Assembly: GCA_017515795.1 (NCBI GenBank)
Contig: JAFWEE010000010.1
Coordinates: 8,144-72,143 of the forward strand
Length of the DNA stretch: 64,000 nt
Reading direction: 5' to 3'
From: Bacilli bacterium
GTDB taxonomy: Bacteria > Bacillota_I > Bacilli_A > RF39 > UBA660
Part shown: piece by piece, positions 54,094 to 63,638 of the stretch
Position numbering within the stretch: the first letter of the stretch is position 1
Layout of the letters: each line of letters starts with the position of its first letter
Program-made: the position numbers and the translations under genes
Notes under the pieces: model-generated
What the model saw: only the letters and a program-made list of their open reading frames with translations
What the model was told of the DNA's origin: nothing
Database searches by the model: none

Positions 54094-57000
54094 ATGAATA
54101 ATAAATCAAATAAAAACAAAAGAAGTTTTGTTAAATCTATAATCCCAGCATTATCTATAATAATGATAATAACTGCTATTTTATTAGTAGTTTATACATT
54201 AGATAGTAAGAAATTTAATAAAGGAAGAGTAGTCTATGATTCAGACTATACGATGCATGTAATGTATCTAGTTATGGATAAAGCGGAGGTCCCTAAAGAT
54301 ATTACTATAGATAAGACATTTGATCCTGCCTATAGTGAGTTCCCAATAGGCATTTTATCAACTTCTAGTTCTATTGTTCCTTTAACTAAAAAAGGTGATT
54401 ATTTATATGTAGATCTTGATAAATTTACTAATCCAGAACTTTTAAAAAATGAAACTGATTACATATTTACTAAAACAAATATTAATGGTGAAGTTATTGA
54501 TGGATGTGAATATGATAAAAAGGAAAATGTAATAAAAGTCCCTGCATCATATTTTGAAGAGAACAAAACAATTCCTATACAGATGGAACTTCAAACATTA
54601 ATGGATTATTCAGTTTATGAAAATCTTGAAACAAAAGTTAATGTTAAAAAATTTATTACTAATAAAGTTAAAGCAAAGAATAATGCATTGGCATTTCAAA
54701 CAAGTGTTTATTTAGGTAAAAACGGACCTGGAGAACTCCAAAATAAAAATGTGCATGTGTATGTTAATAATTCTAAAATAGAATTAGAAGACGATAGATA
54801 TGAAATCAATAATAATACACTTACTGTATTTTTACCACCACTTCAAATAAGTGAACTTGATGTAAAAGTAGATTATACGTTAAGTAGTGCAAAAGCAGTA
54901 GCATGTTTAAATAATTCACAAAAAGATTGTGATGATTCACAACAAGGATTTAATGATAATTGGAGAGGTATTAAAGTTTCTCAACCAATTGATTATACTT
55001 CATGGGGTAAGAGTTCATTACCTGTTGTTGAAGAATATCCAAGACAAAATAATCCAAAAGCGGAAGAAAGTAATCCACCACAAAGATGGACTAAAATCAT
55101 CACTTTAAGTACAGGATATGGTAATCCTGGTGATCAATATGATGTTGTTTATTGTAGTAATACAAAGAGTGCTTCTGGGTGTATTGATTCATATAATAAT
55201 GAAATAGTATTTCCTGCTACAGCTGCAAACTGGGCATATACTTATGTTCCTTATGTAACTGATAATTGGCCAAGTGATACTCCATCTGGAACAATATATA
55301 ACGTATATAATTATAGTGTTAATTCTAATAATAAAATTAATTCATATTTAGAAACACTTTATACCTATAAAATAAAATTAACATCTTTATTGGACGGTAT
55401 TCAATCAGGTTTAAGTACTGATGGTACATTTGATCCTGTCCATGAAGGATATAATACTTCTTGGCTTGCATTCTATTGTACACATCATAGTACTAGTTAT
55501 GATTATGGAAATGTTTCAGAAACAAATCCTATGAGAATGGCCGTTATGGTTATGCAAGAATCTACAAATTCAATAATTGTAAAATTTCAATCAATAAATA
55601 CATATGATTCTCAAGCTGCAGGAGCTTACATGAGATTCTATTGGGATCAAGTTCAAGTAAATGCTGGATTAAGAGTTAAGAAAACTGATAATTCAAGTCC
55701 AACTGGACTTCCAATTAAAGGTGTAAGAATAACAATTCAAAATAGAGCAGATTCATCTGATATTCATACTGATACAACTGGTGCAGATGGTATTGTGACA
55801 TTCTCTGGTTTACCTCTTGGTGCTAAATATAATATATACGAAGATTGTTCAAACTATTCTATAACTTATCCGGGAAATAGTTCTGATCCAGAAGATACAG
55901 GAACGTTTGCTAGTTTAGGTTTGAGTTGTGATTATCCATCAACATCACCATATACAAATAATGGTAATGGTGTTGCAGCAGTAGAAGATTATACTTCTGG
56001 ATCAACTGGATTATACTCAATATCTAATGCTAGAAAACCATATGGCTTAAGAATCAAGAAAACTGATGATTCAGCAACACCTATACCAATTAAAGGATTG
56101 CAAATTACAATAAAAAATAAAACTACAGGTGCTACTATTACAAAAACTACAAATGATGCTGGTATTGCAACATTTGATAATTTACCTGTAGGATCTAAAT
56201 ATACAGTAACTGAAAATTGTAGTTCAACAATTTCATATAATGGACATAATAATACAACATTAGATGCAGAAGATATTGCATGTTCATATGATTCATCTAA
56301 TCCATATGCTGGAACTGATGGAACTGGTGTTGCAGCAGTAGAAAATTATACTTCTGGATCAACTGGTTTATATGAAATAAGTAATGCTAAATATAGACAT
56401 TGTGCTTTTGTTAAGAAGGTTAAAGGTCCAAATAAAAAAGTAGAGCCTAATGCTAGATTCCAATTAATAATACCTGCTAATGTATGTAGGAATTATGCTT
56501 CAGGTACAACACTTACTCAAACTACTAATTTAAATGGTATTGCTGAATTTAATGGACTTGGAAACTGTAGTGGAGCAAAATTTGTAAATGCTAAACTAGT
56601 AGACCAAGAACATTTAGCTTCATTAATAGGTTCTGATACTCAACAAGTAGAACTTAGACGTACAACAATCTATGTTACTAAGAATTCTGGTATTGATTAT
56701 AAAGGTAAACATTATGCTAAGAATACACAAGTAGTTATTTCAGATAGAGATTGGAATACATATAAGAATGATGTAGAAGAAATCTGCGTTGGAACTGTAT
56801 ATCCATCATCTAATGGTTCTGGAACAACAGAATTTGTAGATAAGGGATATGTTCTATTATGGAATAAAATTAATAAAACACACAGAACTAATGTTAGTGA
56901 TCGTGGTCCAGCAATGGCTAATATTAAATTTAGTGTTAAAGATAGTCATAATAATACTATAAGAGTATTATCCTCTAAAGCAAATTATACGGATATTGAA

Positions 57001-60000
57001 AGTGTTACTAAGAATTGTTATACATATACAGATCAAACAGGAAGTGGTACTCAAGATTTTGTTGTTTCAGATGCAAATGGTATGGTTTGTATTTCAAATC
57101 TACCAAATGAAGAACAATTTACTATAACTGAAGAAACTACAAGTTTCTATAATAATTCATATATACGTATAAATTCTAGTGAAAAGTTTAGTACATTTAC
57201 TTCAACTGATTATAATAATAATGAATATGTTATAGATTGGGTTAAGAAAGAATATAATAATGGTAAAACATCTAATAGTGATGGAAGTTTAAAACAAACT
57301 ACATTTACTGTAGTTGATTCTAGTAATGTAACTATTAAGACTAAACCAAATAAAGAAGAAGTATTAGATACTAATGGTGTTAAAAAGAATTGTTATGTAA
57401 TAGATATAGATACACCTCTAAATAATACTAATGAATACTTTGTAACTGATAATGATGGTTATGTATGTATTGTTGGAACTAAATCAGGAATGACTTATAC
57501 TATTACAGAGTCTACACCTCCAACATATTACTCTGCTAGTGATACTAATACTCAAACAACAACTTCTAAGTTAACATTTATGGATGCAAATACTAAGAGA
57601 TTTAATAACTGTCCAACAGAAGTAGAAATTTCTAAAACTACTACTGAATACAGTAATGCATCTGCTGAATATAAAGCATTAATTAAAGAAGAATTAAAGA
57701 AATTAACATTCAATATTTATGATAGTGAAAATCATTTATTATTCTTTACTTACAATTCAGAATCAAAGCATTATGAATATACAACTGCAATTAATGCATT
57801 AACTGGTAATACATATATTGGTGCACCAGAATTAAGATTAAATGATGATTTAAAGATTTTAGTTGATTATTTACCTGAAGGTAGTTATGTATTAAAAGAA
57901 GCAAGTTCTGTATCTTGTGCATCTAATGGTGGTGCTGCTAATGGAAGTAATTGTACTTGCTCAAATAATACAACAAGTGGTGGAGGTACTCCAGCTGAAA
58001 CTGCATGTTCTAATATGGGATATGCTAAGATAGCAGATATTAACTTTAGTGTAACTAAGAATAATCATGGAGGAAGTTCAACATGTAATATGACTGATAC
58101 TTCAGTTAAGATACCTATTACTAATAAGCCTACAAAAGTAAGCTTTACTAAGAGTGATATGTATGGATACTTTAGTGGTACAGATACTGTTACATTTGAA
58201 AATGAAGATGAAATTAAAGCATTTGATAATATTATTTTTAGAGTAAGAAAACAAAGTACTATTAATTCATCTGGAACTACTTCAGAAGCTAATAGTAACT
58301 TTGAATGGTTTTATAAAACTGCTAATGGAGAATATAGATATGATGCACTTCATGTATGTACTAGAGAAGGAGATATTGTAGCAGGTTATAGATGTACACA
58401 AAACTTATTTACTAATCGTGGTAGTATGACAATTAGACATTTATGTAAATGTGAAACATATTTAATAGAAGAATATGAAGTTCCAGAAGGAACAGTATTC
58501 ATATTACCAAAAGCTGAAAATAATACATGTGAAGCTGGATATCTAAAAGTAGATAAAGGTGGAAAGATAGAATGCCATCCAATTAAAACTGTTAAGATAT
58601 GTGATTGTGATGATGATAATCCTGAATCATCTCCACCAGTATTAATTGAAGATAAACCAACTAAACAAGTATTTATAAAGAAGGATTTAAAATATAATAC
58701 AATTATTACTGATCAAAATACTACATTTGAAGTATTCTTAACTAAAGAAGAAGCAGCAAATGCTGGAAGAAAATGTAATCCTTATGATGCAACATCTAAG
58801 GCAAATGACTGTATTCAAATATATTTTGAAAAGAATAAAATATTAGATCCAGATGAAACAGAAAGAGTATATGCTTATAGAATTGCTAAAGATGGAACAT
58901 CTGCTAATAATAAGACTAAAGAATTACATGTCGATGAAAATACAGGTAAATTAATTCTTAGATATTTACCTTCATATATTTCAAGAGAATATGTATTATA
59001 TGAAACTAAAGCTCCTAAAGGATATGATTTACCAAAAGGAGAAAAAGCAGTAACAAGATTTACAGTAGTTAATGATACTATAAATGTAGATATTACTAAT
59101 GTTCCAAATAAACCTACAAAGGTTATTGTTAGTAAATATGATAAAGCTACTGGTAAATTAATACCTGGATTTAAGTTTAAAGTTTATAAAGTAAATAATT
59201 ATGATCCTAACTTAAGTGCTATGAAACAATCAATGAGTTCAGCATTAGAGTTTAAGACTATTAGAGATGGTTCTTATGAGTATAGAGAAGTGTTTGATAC
59301 TGATTTAATTACTACTTGTACTGATAGAGCAGGTTCTCCTTGCAGTAGTATTAGTAGTACTCTAGTAGATAGTGAATTTAGTAGTACTCCTATGGGAGAA
59401 AATAATATTACTATTAGAGAAGGTCAAGCATTAATTCAATACTTAGATAGTGATTCATACTATGTAATAGAGGAAGTAGAAGCTCCTGAAGGATATAAAC
59501 TTCCTGATAAAGAGAGTGAAAGATATACTTTATTCCACATAGATGAAACAGAGGAAACATCTGTTATATCTAGAATTTATAATACTGAGAACTATTTCAC
59601 ATATTATAAATATGATGATTATAATAGATTAATTGATGGTGCCGTATTTAAACTTCAAAAACTTAATAAAGATAAAGTTTATGAAGATGTTCCATTAGAA
59701 GAAATAGAATCTGAAGATGCTAAGATATATAAAGTATCTTCTACATCTGATAATTATGAGATGACAACATTAAATGGACAAGCAACCATTTATAGACTTA
59801 CAGAAGGTCAATATAGAGTACTTGAAATAAGTGCTCCAGAAGGATATGAACTTCCTAAGAAAACATATAATGTTGTAACATTCTTTGTAGATAAAAATGG
59901 TAGTATTTATGGTTCTAATATAATTGCTAATAAGAAAACTACTGATAGGAAATTTACTGTTCCAACTTCAGAAGCTGAGTTAGTAGTAACTATTCAAACT

Positions 60001-60093
60001 GGTCAAGTTGTAATTAAATATGGACTTATAATAACAGGAATACTTGGACTAATAGGACTTCTAATATTTATTAGAAAAAAGATTAGTAAGTAG
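54094..60093 (+). CDS. giant cell-surface protein (1999 aa) with multiple Cna-B/SpaA-type (prealbumin-fold) domains and a C-terminal anchor
   Basis: N-terminal signal/anchor helix. Repeated domain hallmarks: GL-R-I/V-KKTD...P-I-K-G...T-D-x-x-G...F-x-x-L-P-x-G-x-KY and E-x-x-AP-x-GY (EVEAPEGYKLP, ETKAPKGYDLP, EISAPEGYELP). The C-terminus is TIQTGQ + a hydrophobic helix + RKKISK. Confidence 0.85.
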   Translation: MNNKSNKNKRSFVKSIIPALSIIMIITAILLVVYTLDSKKFNKGRVVYDSDYTMHVMYLVMDKAEVPKDITIDKTFDPAYSEFPIGILSTSSSIVPLTKKGDYLYVDLDKFTNPELLKNETDYIFTKTNINGEVIDGCEYDKKENVIKVPASYFEENKTIPIQMELQTLMDYSVYENLETKVNVKKFITNKVKAKNNALAFQTSVYLGKNGPGELQNKNVHVYVNNSKIELEDDRYEINNNTLTVFLPPLQISELDVKVDYTLSSAKAVACLNNSQKDCDDSQQGFNDNWRGIKVSQPIDYTSWGKSSLPVVEEYPRQNNPKAEESNPPQRWTKIITLSTGYGNPGDQYDVVYCSNTKSASGCIDSYNNEIVFPATAANWAYTYVPYVTDNWPSDTPSGTIYNVYNYSVNSNNKINSYLETLYTYKIKLTSLLDGIQSGLSTDGTFDPVHEGYNTSWLAFYCTHHSTSYDYGNVSETNPMRMAVMVMQESTNSIIVKFQSINTYDSQAAGAYMRFYWDQVQVNAGLRVKKTDNSSPTGLPIKGVRITIQNRADSSDIHTDTTGADGIVTFSGLPLGAKYNIYEDCSNYSITYPGNSSDPEDTGTFASLGLSCDYPSTSPYTNNGNGVAAVEDYTSGSTGLYSISNARKPYGLRIKKTDDSATPIPIKGLQITIKNKTTGATITKTTNDAGIATFDNLPVGSKYTVTENCSSTISYNGHNNTTLDAEDIACSYDSSNPYAGTDGTGVAAVENYTSGSTGLYEISNAKYRHCAFVKKVKGPNKKVEPNARFQLIIPANVCRNYASGTTLTQTTNLNGIAEFNGLGNCSGAKFVNAKLVDQEHLASLIGSDTQQVELRRTTIYVTKNSGIDYKGKHYAKNTQVVISDRDWNTYKNDVEEICVGTVYPSSNGSGTTEFVDKGYVLLWNKINKTHRTNVSDRGPAMANIKFSVKDSHNNTIRVLSSKANYTDIESVTKNCYTYTDQTGSGTQDFVVSDANGMVCISNLPNEEQFTITEETTSFYNNSYIRINSSEKFSTFTSTDYNNNEYVIDWVKKEYNNGKTSNSDGSLKQTTFTVVDSSNVTIKTKPNKEEVLDTNGVKKNCYVIDIDTPLNNTNEYFVTDNDGYVCIVGTKSGMTYTITESTPPTYYSASDTNTQTTTSKLTFMDANTKRFNNCPTEVEISKTTTEYSNASAEYKALIKEELKKLTFNIYDSENHLLFFTYNSESKHYEYTTAINALTGNTYIGAPELRLNDDLKILVDYLPEGSYVLKEASSVSCASNGGAANGSNCTCSNNTTSGGGTPAETACSNMGYAKIADINFSVTKNNHGGSSTCNMTDTSVKIPITNKPTKVSFTKSDMYGYFSGTDTVTFENEDEIKAFDNIIFRVRKQSTINSSGTTSEANSNFEWFYKTANGEYRYDALHVCTREGDIVAGYRCTQNLFTNRGSMTIRHLCKCETYLIEEYEVPEGTVFILPKAENNTCEAGYLKVDKGGKIECHPIKTVKICDCDDDNPESSPPVLIEDKPTKQVFIKKDLKYNTIITDQNTTFEVFLTKEEAANAGRKCNPYDATSKANDCIQIYFEKNKILDPDETERVYAYRIAKDGTSANNKTKELHVDENTGKLILRYLPSYISREYVLYETKAPKGYDLPKGEKAVTRFTVVNDTINVDITNVPNKPTKVIVSKYDKATGKLIPGFKFKVYKVNNYDPNLSAMKQSMSSALEFKTIRDGSYEYREVFDTDLITTCTDRAGSPCSSISSTLVDSEFSSTPMGENNITIREGQALIQYLDSDSYYVIEEVEAPEGYKLPDKESERYTLFHIDETEETSVISRIYNTENYFTYYKYDDYNRLIDGAVFKLQKLNKDKVYEDVPLEEIESEDAKIYKVSSTSDNYEMTTLNGQATIYRLTEGQYRVLEISAPEGYELPKKTYNVVTFFVDKNGSIYGSNIIANKKTTDRKFTVPTSEAELVVTIQTGQVVIKYGLIITGILGLIGLLIFIRKKISK
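55666..56421 (+). repeat. two tandem 126-codon repeat units inside the surface-protein gene
   Basis: Units start at 55666 (GLRVKKTD) and 56044 (GLRIKKTD). They include a ~42-nt stretch differing at only two positions (ggtgttgcagcagtagaaGattatacttctggatcaactggA at 55969 versus ...aAatt...ggT at 56326). Confidence 0.8.
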
Positions 60094-60104
60094 GAGGTAA
60101 TAAT

Positions 60105-60764
60105 ATGAAAAAGAATAAAATGAAAATAGCTAAAAAAGATTTTAAAATATTATTATCAATAATAGTCCTAGTTTTCCTTATATTCTTAATTTTATATGTT
60201 AGAAACTTTAGAAATTTTGCTGAGGTAAAACTTGGTACAAATAAAAAGAATATATTTACTATTGCTGATTTAAAGATAGACAATTTAAAATATTCATCTA
60301 CTGAAAAAGAAGTAGTAAAATCACTTGGTAAAGCTAAAAAAGTAGAGGAACTAAGTGCTAATGGTTTCAAATATAAAATACTTAGATATAAGGATTTAAA
60401 TATTACTTTAAGAGAATATTATGATGATTATATTTTAGTAGGAGTAGAATCTACTTCTAGAAGTTATAAAATGGGAAGAGGTCTTAGAGTAGGTTCTAAT
60501 ATTAATAGAGTATTTAACAAATATAGAATTGATAACAAGTCTGGAAATTATTTATATGGTAATTATAATTATGAAGAAATGATGGATAAGACTATTACTG
60601 ATAATATTTATATGGGTATTAGAACTAAATCTAAAGTATCATATTATAATATGGATCCAAGATCTAAAGATGATATATTCCCTTTAAATTCAATTTCTAA
60701 AATAGAGTTTGAATATAAAAATGGAACTGTAACAAAGATAACTTGGAGTTATGATTATGAATAA
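60105..60764 (+). CDS. hypothetical single-pass membrane protein, co-transcribed with the giant surface protein
   Basis: 219 aa with an AGGAGG RBS, 11 nt after the upstream stop. TM helix ILLSIIVLVFLIFLILYV. Confidence 0.6.
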   Translation: MKKNKMKIAKKDFKILLSIIVLVFLIFLILYVRNFRNFAEVKLGTNKKNIFTIADLKIDNLKYSSTEKEVVKSLGKAKKVEELSANGFKYKILRYKDLNITLREYYDDYILVGVESTSRSYKMGRGLRVGSNINRVFNKYRIDNKSGNYLYGNYNYEEMMDKTITDNIYMGIRTKSKVSYYNMDPRSKDDIFPLNSISKIEFEYKNGTVTKITWSYDYE

Positions 60765-60765
60765 T

Positions 60766-60797
60766 AAAAAAGTATAGCTAAGCTATACTTTTTTTAT
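60766..60797. terminator. bidirectional terminator
   Basis: AAAAAGTATAGC-TAA-GCTATACTTTTT flanked by A and T runs. Confidence 0.55.
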
Positions 60798-60833
60798 ATT
60801 AAAAAAAAAGACTTAAAGTCTTAATATTATAAG

Positions 60834-60917
60834 TGGTGCAGGTGAAGGGACTTGAACCCCCACTCCATAGGAACTAGATCCTAAGTCTAGCGCGTCTGCC
60901 AATTTCGCCACACCTGC
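60834..60917 (-). tRNA. tRNA-Leu (anticodon TAG), type II, CCA encoded
   Basis: Reverse complement: acceptor GCAGGTG/CACCTGC, anticodon stem CTAGA/TCTAG with loop CTTAGGA, long variable arm, T-loop GGTTCAAGTCC. Confidence 0.9.
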
Positions 60918-60927
60918 AAAATAAAAG

Positions 60928-61004
60928 TGGTGGACCCTGTAGGACTCGAACCTACGACCGCCCGGTTATGAGCCGGATGCTCTAACCAACTGAGCTAAGG
61001 GTCC
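60928..61004 (-). tRNA. tRNA with CAT anticodon, most like tRNA-Ile2 (lysidine-modified) rather than elongator or initiator Met
   Basis: Reverse complement is GGACCCTTAGCTCAGTTGGTTAGAGC...CTCATAA...GGTTCGAGTCCTACAGGGTCCACCA. As far as I recall, the body resembles Firmicute tRNA-Ile(CAU). It lacks the initiator features (a C1:A72 mismatch and three G-C pairs in the anticodon stem). Confidence 0.8.
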
Positions 61005-61086
61005 ACATGAAAATATTATCACAAATGTAGTGGTTTTTCAATCTTTTTTTGTAAAAATATGGTAAAATATTTATGTAGGTGTTAGT

Positions 61087-62076
61087 ATGAATAAAATAAA
61101 ATTTTTAATTAAAGCAATTTTAAAACTAAATTATAAAGAAATGTTTAGAGTTGCTAGAAAAATATCTACTGAACATGGTAGATTAACATTAATTACATTC
61201 TTTGATATTATATACTGCGGTCTTAGATATGGTGCAGGATATATGGATTATTTAGAGTTTGAATTTTACTTACTAAATGGCAAACAAAGAAAAACATATT
61301 TAACTAGAGCTAAGAATAATGAAATAGTTAGAAAGTATAATAACAAAGAATATAATCATTTCTTAAATAATAAAATTGAATTTAATAATATGTTTAAAGA
61401 TTATTTAGATAGAGATTTTATTGATTTATCGCATGCTACTAAGAAAGACTTTAAGCAATTCTGTAAAGGTAAGAAATATGTTATAGCTAAAGAAGTAGAT
61501 AATTGTGGTGGAGAAGGAGTTACAAAAGAATTTGTTCAAGATACTAATAGATTATATGAAAAACTAAAGAAGAATAAACAATATTTAGTTGAAGAAGTAT
61601 TAGTTCAAAATTCTAAAGTATCTAAGTTATATCCTGATGCTGTTAACACTTTAAGACTATTCACTTTCTTAGATGATAATGGTGAAGTACATGTTTTAAA
61701 TCAAATATTTAAAATAGGTAATAAAGGATTCGTTGATAATTTTGCATCTGGTGGTATGTATACATTTTTAGATGAAAATGGAGAAGTAATATGTCCTGCT
61801 ATCAATAAAAAGGATGAGAGATTTACAGTACATCCAGAAACAAAAGAACAAATAATAGGATTTAAAGTACCTAATTATGATAAAGCAATAGAATTAGTAA
61901 AAGAAGCATCTCTTCTTATACCTGAAATAAGATATATTGGATGGGATGTTGCTATTACTGAAAAAGGTGCTTGTTTAATTGAAGGTAATGAATTCCCTGG
62001 TGTATTCCAAATTAAACCTAGTTATATGGATGAACCAGAGGGAATACTTCCTAAATATAGCAAATATATGAAGTAG
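61087..62076 (+). CDS. ATP-grasp enzyme of the sugar-transfer-associated (ATPgrasp_ST-like) type
   Basis: GGEGV, DNFASGGMY and IGWDVAITEKGACLIEGNEFPG motifs, plus an N-terminal helical region typical of this family. Confidence 0.7.
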   Translation: MNKIKFLIKAILKLNYKEMFRVARKISTEHGRLTLITFFDIIYCGLRYGAGYMDYLEFEFYLLNGKQRKTYLTRAKNNEIVRKYNNKEYNHFLNNKIEFNNMFKDYLDRDFIDLSHATKKDFKQFCKGKKYVIAKEVDNCGGEGVTKEFVQDTNRLYEKLKKNKQYLVEEVLVQNSKVSKLYPDAVNTLRLFTFLDDNGEVHVLNQIFKIGNKGFVDNFASGGMYTFLDENGEVICPAINKKDERFTVHPETKEQIIGFKVPNYDKAIELVKEASLLIPEIRYIGWDVAITEKGACLIEGNEFPGVFQIKPSYMDEPEGILPKYSKYMK

Positions 62077-62086
62077 GAGGTATAAA

Positions 62087-62677
62087 ATGGATAAAATTAA
62101 AGTATTTAAACCTGAAATAGATCAAATAAAAGATGAACGATTAAGAAAGAATCTAGAAATTATAATAAATAATCTTCCAGATTATTTCTTTATTATTCCT
62201 GCTTCATCAACTGGTAAACACCATCCTAAATTTGATTTAGGTGATGCTGGACTTGTAAGACATAGTAAGGTTGCTTTTAGAGTAGGTAGTGAATTACTTA
62301 ATACTCAAACTTTTGGTGATGATTTTACTGAAAAAGAAAAAGACTTATTACTTATGTCAATACTTGTTCATGATGGTTTAAAAAGTGGTAAAGAGCAAGA
62401 GAAATATACAAGATTTGATCATCCTTTATTGATGGCTAATTATATATCTGAAATTAAAGATAAATTAACTCTAAAAGATGATGAAATATCTTTTATGCAT
62501 GATGCAATTATTTCACATATGGGTGAATGGAATACTAGTAGTAAATGTAATGTTACTCTTCCAAAACCTGAAACAAAATATCAAAAGTTTGTACATTTAT
62601 GCGATTATATTGCATCAAGAAAGTTTCTTAATTTCACATTTGAAGATAATAATTTAATAGATAGAGAGGACTATTAA
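62087..62677 (+). CDS. HD-domain phosphohydrolase
   Basis: SSTGKHHP...GGL/GLVRHS, the LVHDGLK (HD) motif, and downstream ISHMG and HLCDYIAS His/Asp motifs. Confidence 0.7.
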   Translation: MDKIKVFKPEIDQIKDERLRKNLEIIINNLPDYFFIIPASSTGKHHPKFDLGDAGLVRHSKVAFRVGSELLNTQTFGDDFTEKEKDLLLMSILVHDGLKSGKEQEKYTRFDHPLLMANYISEIKDKLTLKDDEISFMHDAIISHMGEWNTSSKCNVTLPKPETKYQKFVHLCDYIASRKFLNFTFEDNNLIDREDY

Positions 62678-62679
62678 CA

Positions 62680-63591
62680 ATGGAAAATGTAAAAAAATCA
62701 TATTACACTATATTTCCTGCATTATTAATGATATTTGTAGCATTAATTCCATTAATGTCTATATTATCTGATGTAGTTAAATTAACTAGTTTATTATTCT
62801 TTATAATAAAAATATTATATGTAGTTATATTATTCTTATTATTAATAGTGAATGTAGTTTTATTATTTCTTTTAATGAAAGAAATAGTAAAGTGTAATGA
62901 TATATCAAAAGGTAAAAAAACAATACTATTAATACTTTTAGTGTTATTTAGTTTAATTGTTATGCCATATATTTATCATAAATATATTTTAAAGGATATA
63001 GTTAAACCTAATTCTTTAATAATATATTTTATAGCAATAGTATTCTTAGCATTTGTATTTGCATTTGGTTATAGAGTATATAATAAAAAAATAAATGAAG
63101 AAATACAAAAACAAAAAGAATTAGAAGCTAAAAGAGTAACTTATATAGAAAAGAATAATCAATTTAGTTTTGATTTTAAAACAAGTTATAAGCAAAAAGA
63201 AGTAGGAGAATATGATTTATATGTAAAAGATAAAAAAAGAAATATAGTATTTACTACATTTACATATGATACTTCTAGATATGAACAAAAAACTATAGAG
63301 GAATATCTTTTAAAAGGTGTAGCTGATATAGAAGCTACTAAAGAAAATGCTAAAATATATAAAGAAAAGAAATTAACTGAATTAGAGGATAAAAAAGTAT
63401 ACGAAATAGTATATGAAGGAAAAGTAGAAAAATCAGATCCATGTATTTACAGAATATCTGTTATTCAGTTTAATTCTAATCCTGAATTAATTGAGTATGT
63501 AGTAACTGTATCTTTAAAAGAGGACTATCCTTCATTAGAAAAAGAAATTAATGAAATAATTAATTCAGTAAAAATTATTCAAAATGAATAA
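62680..63591 (+). CDS. hypothetical membrane protein (4 N-terminal TM helices plus a soluble C-terminal domain)
   Basis: 303-aa ORF, 2 nt after the HD gene and followed by a terminator. Confidence 0.6.
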   Translation: MENVKKSYYTIFPALLMIFVALIPLMSILSDVVKLTSLLFFIIKILYVVILFLLLIVNVVLLFLLMKEIVKCNDISKGKKTILLILLVLFSLIVMPYIYHKYILKDIVKPNSLIIYFIAIVFLAFVFAFGYRVYNKKINEEIQKQKELEAKRVTYIEKNNQFSFDFKTSYKQKEVGEYDLYVKDKKRNIVFTTFTYDTSRYEQKTIEEYLLKGVADIEATKENAKIYKEKKLTELEDKKVYEIVYEGKVEKSDPCIYRISVIQFNSNPELIEYVVTVSLKEDYPSLEKEINEIINSVKIIQNE

Positions 63592-63617
63592 ACTCCTAAG
63601 GGAGTTTATTTTTTTAT
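63590..63617 (+). terminator. rho-independent terminator
   Basis: AAACTCC-TAAG-GGAGTTT followed by ATTTTTTT. Confidence 0.55.
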
Positions 63618-63638
63618 GGTTAATAAAATATATGGGAG

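Noticed and set aside
60040-60093. Canonical LPXTG sortase signal in the giant surface protein
   Set aside because: No LPXTG, NPQTN, SPKTG or similar canonical motif precedes the C-terminal helix. Only TIQTG is present, so wall anchoring is reported as a hypothesis, not as a feature.
60083-60370. Antisense 95-aa ORF across the adhesin/partner junction
   Set aside because: Antisense to two plus-strand genes with strong RBSs, and hydrophobic by mirror composition.
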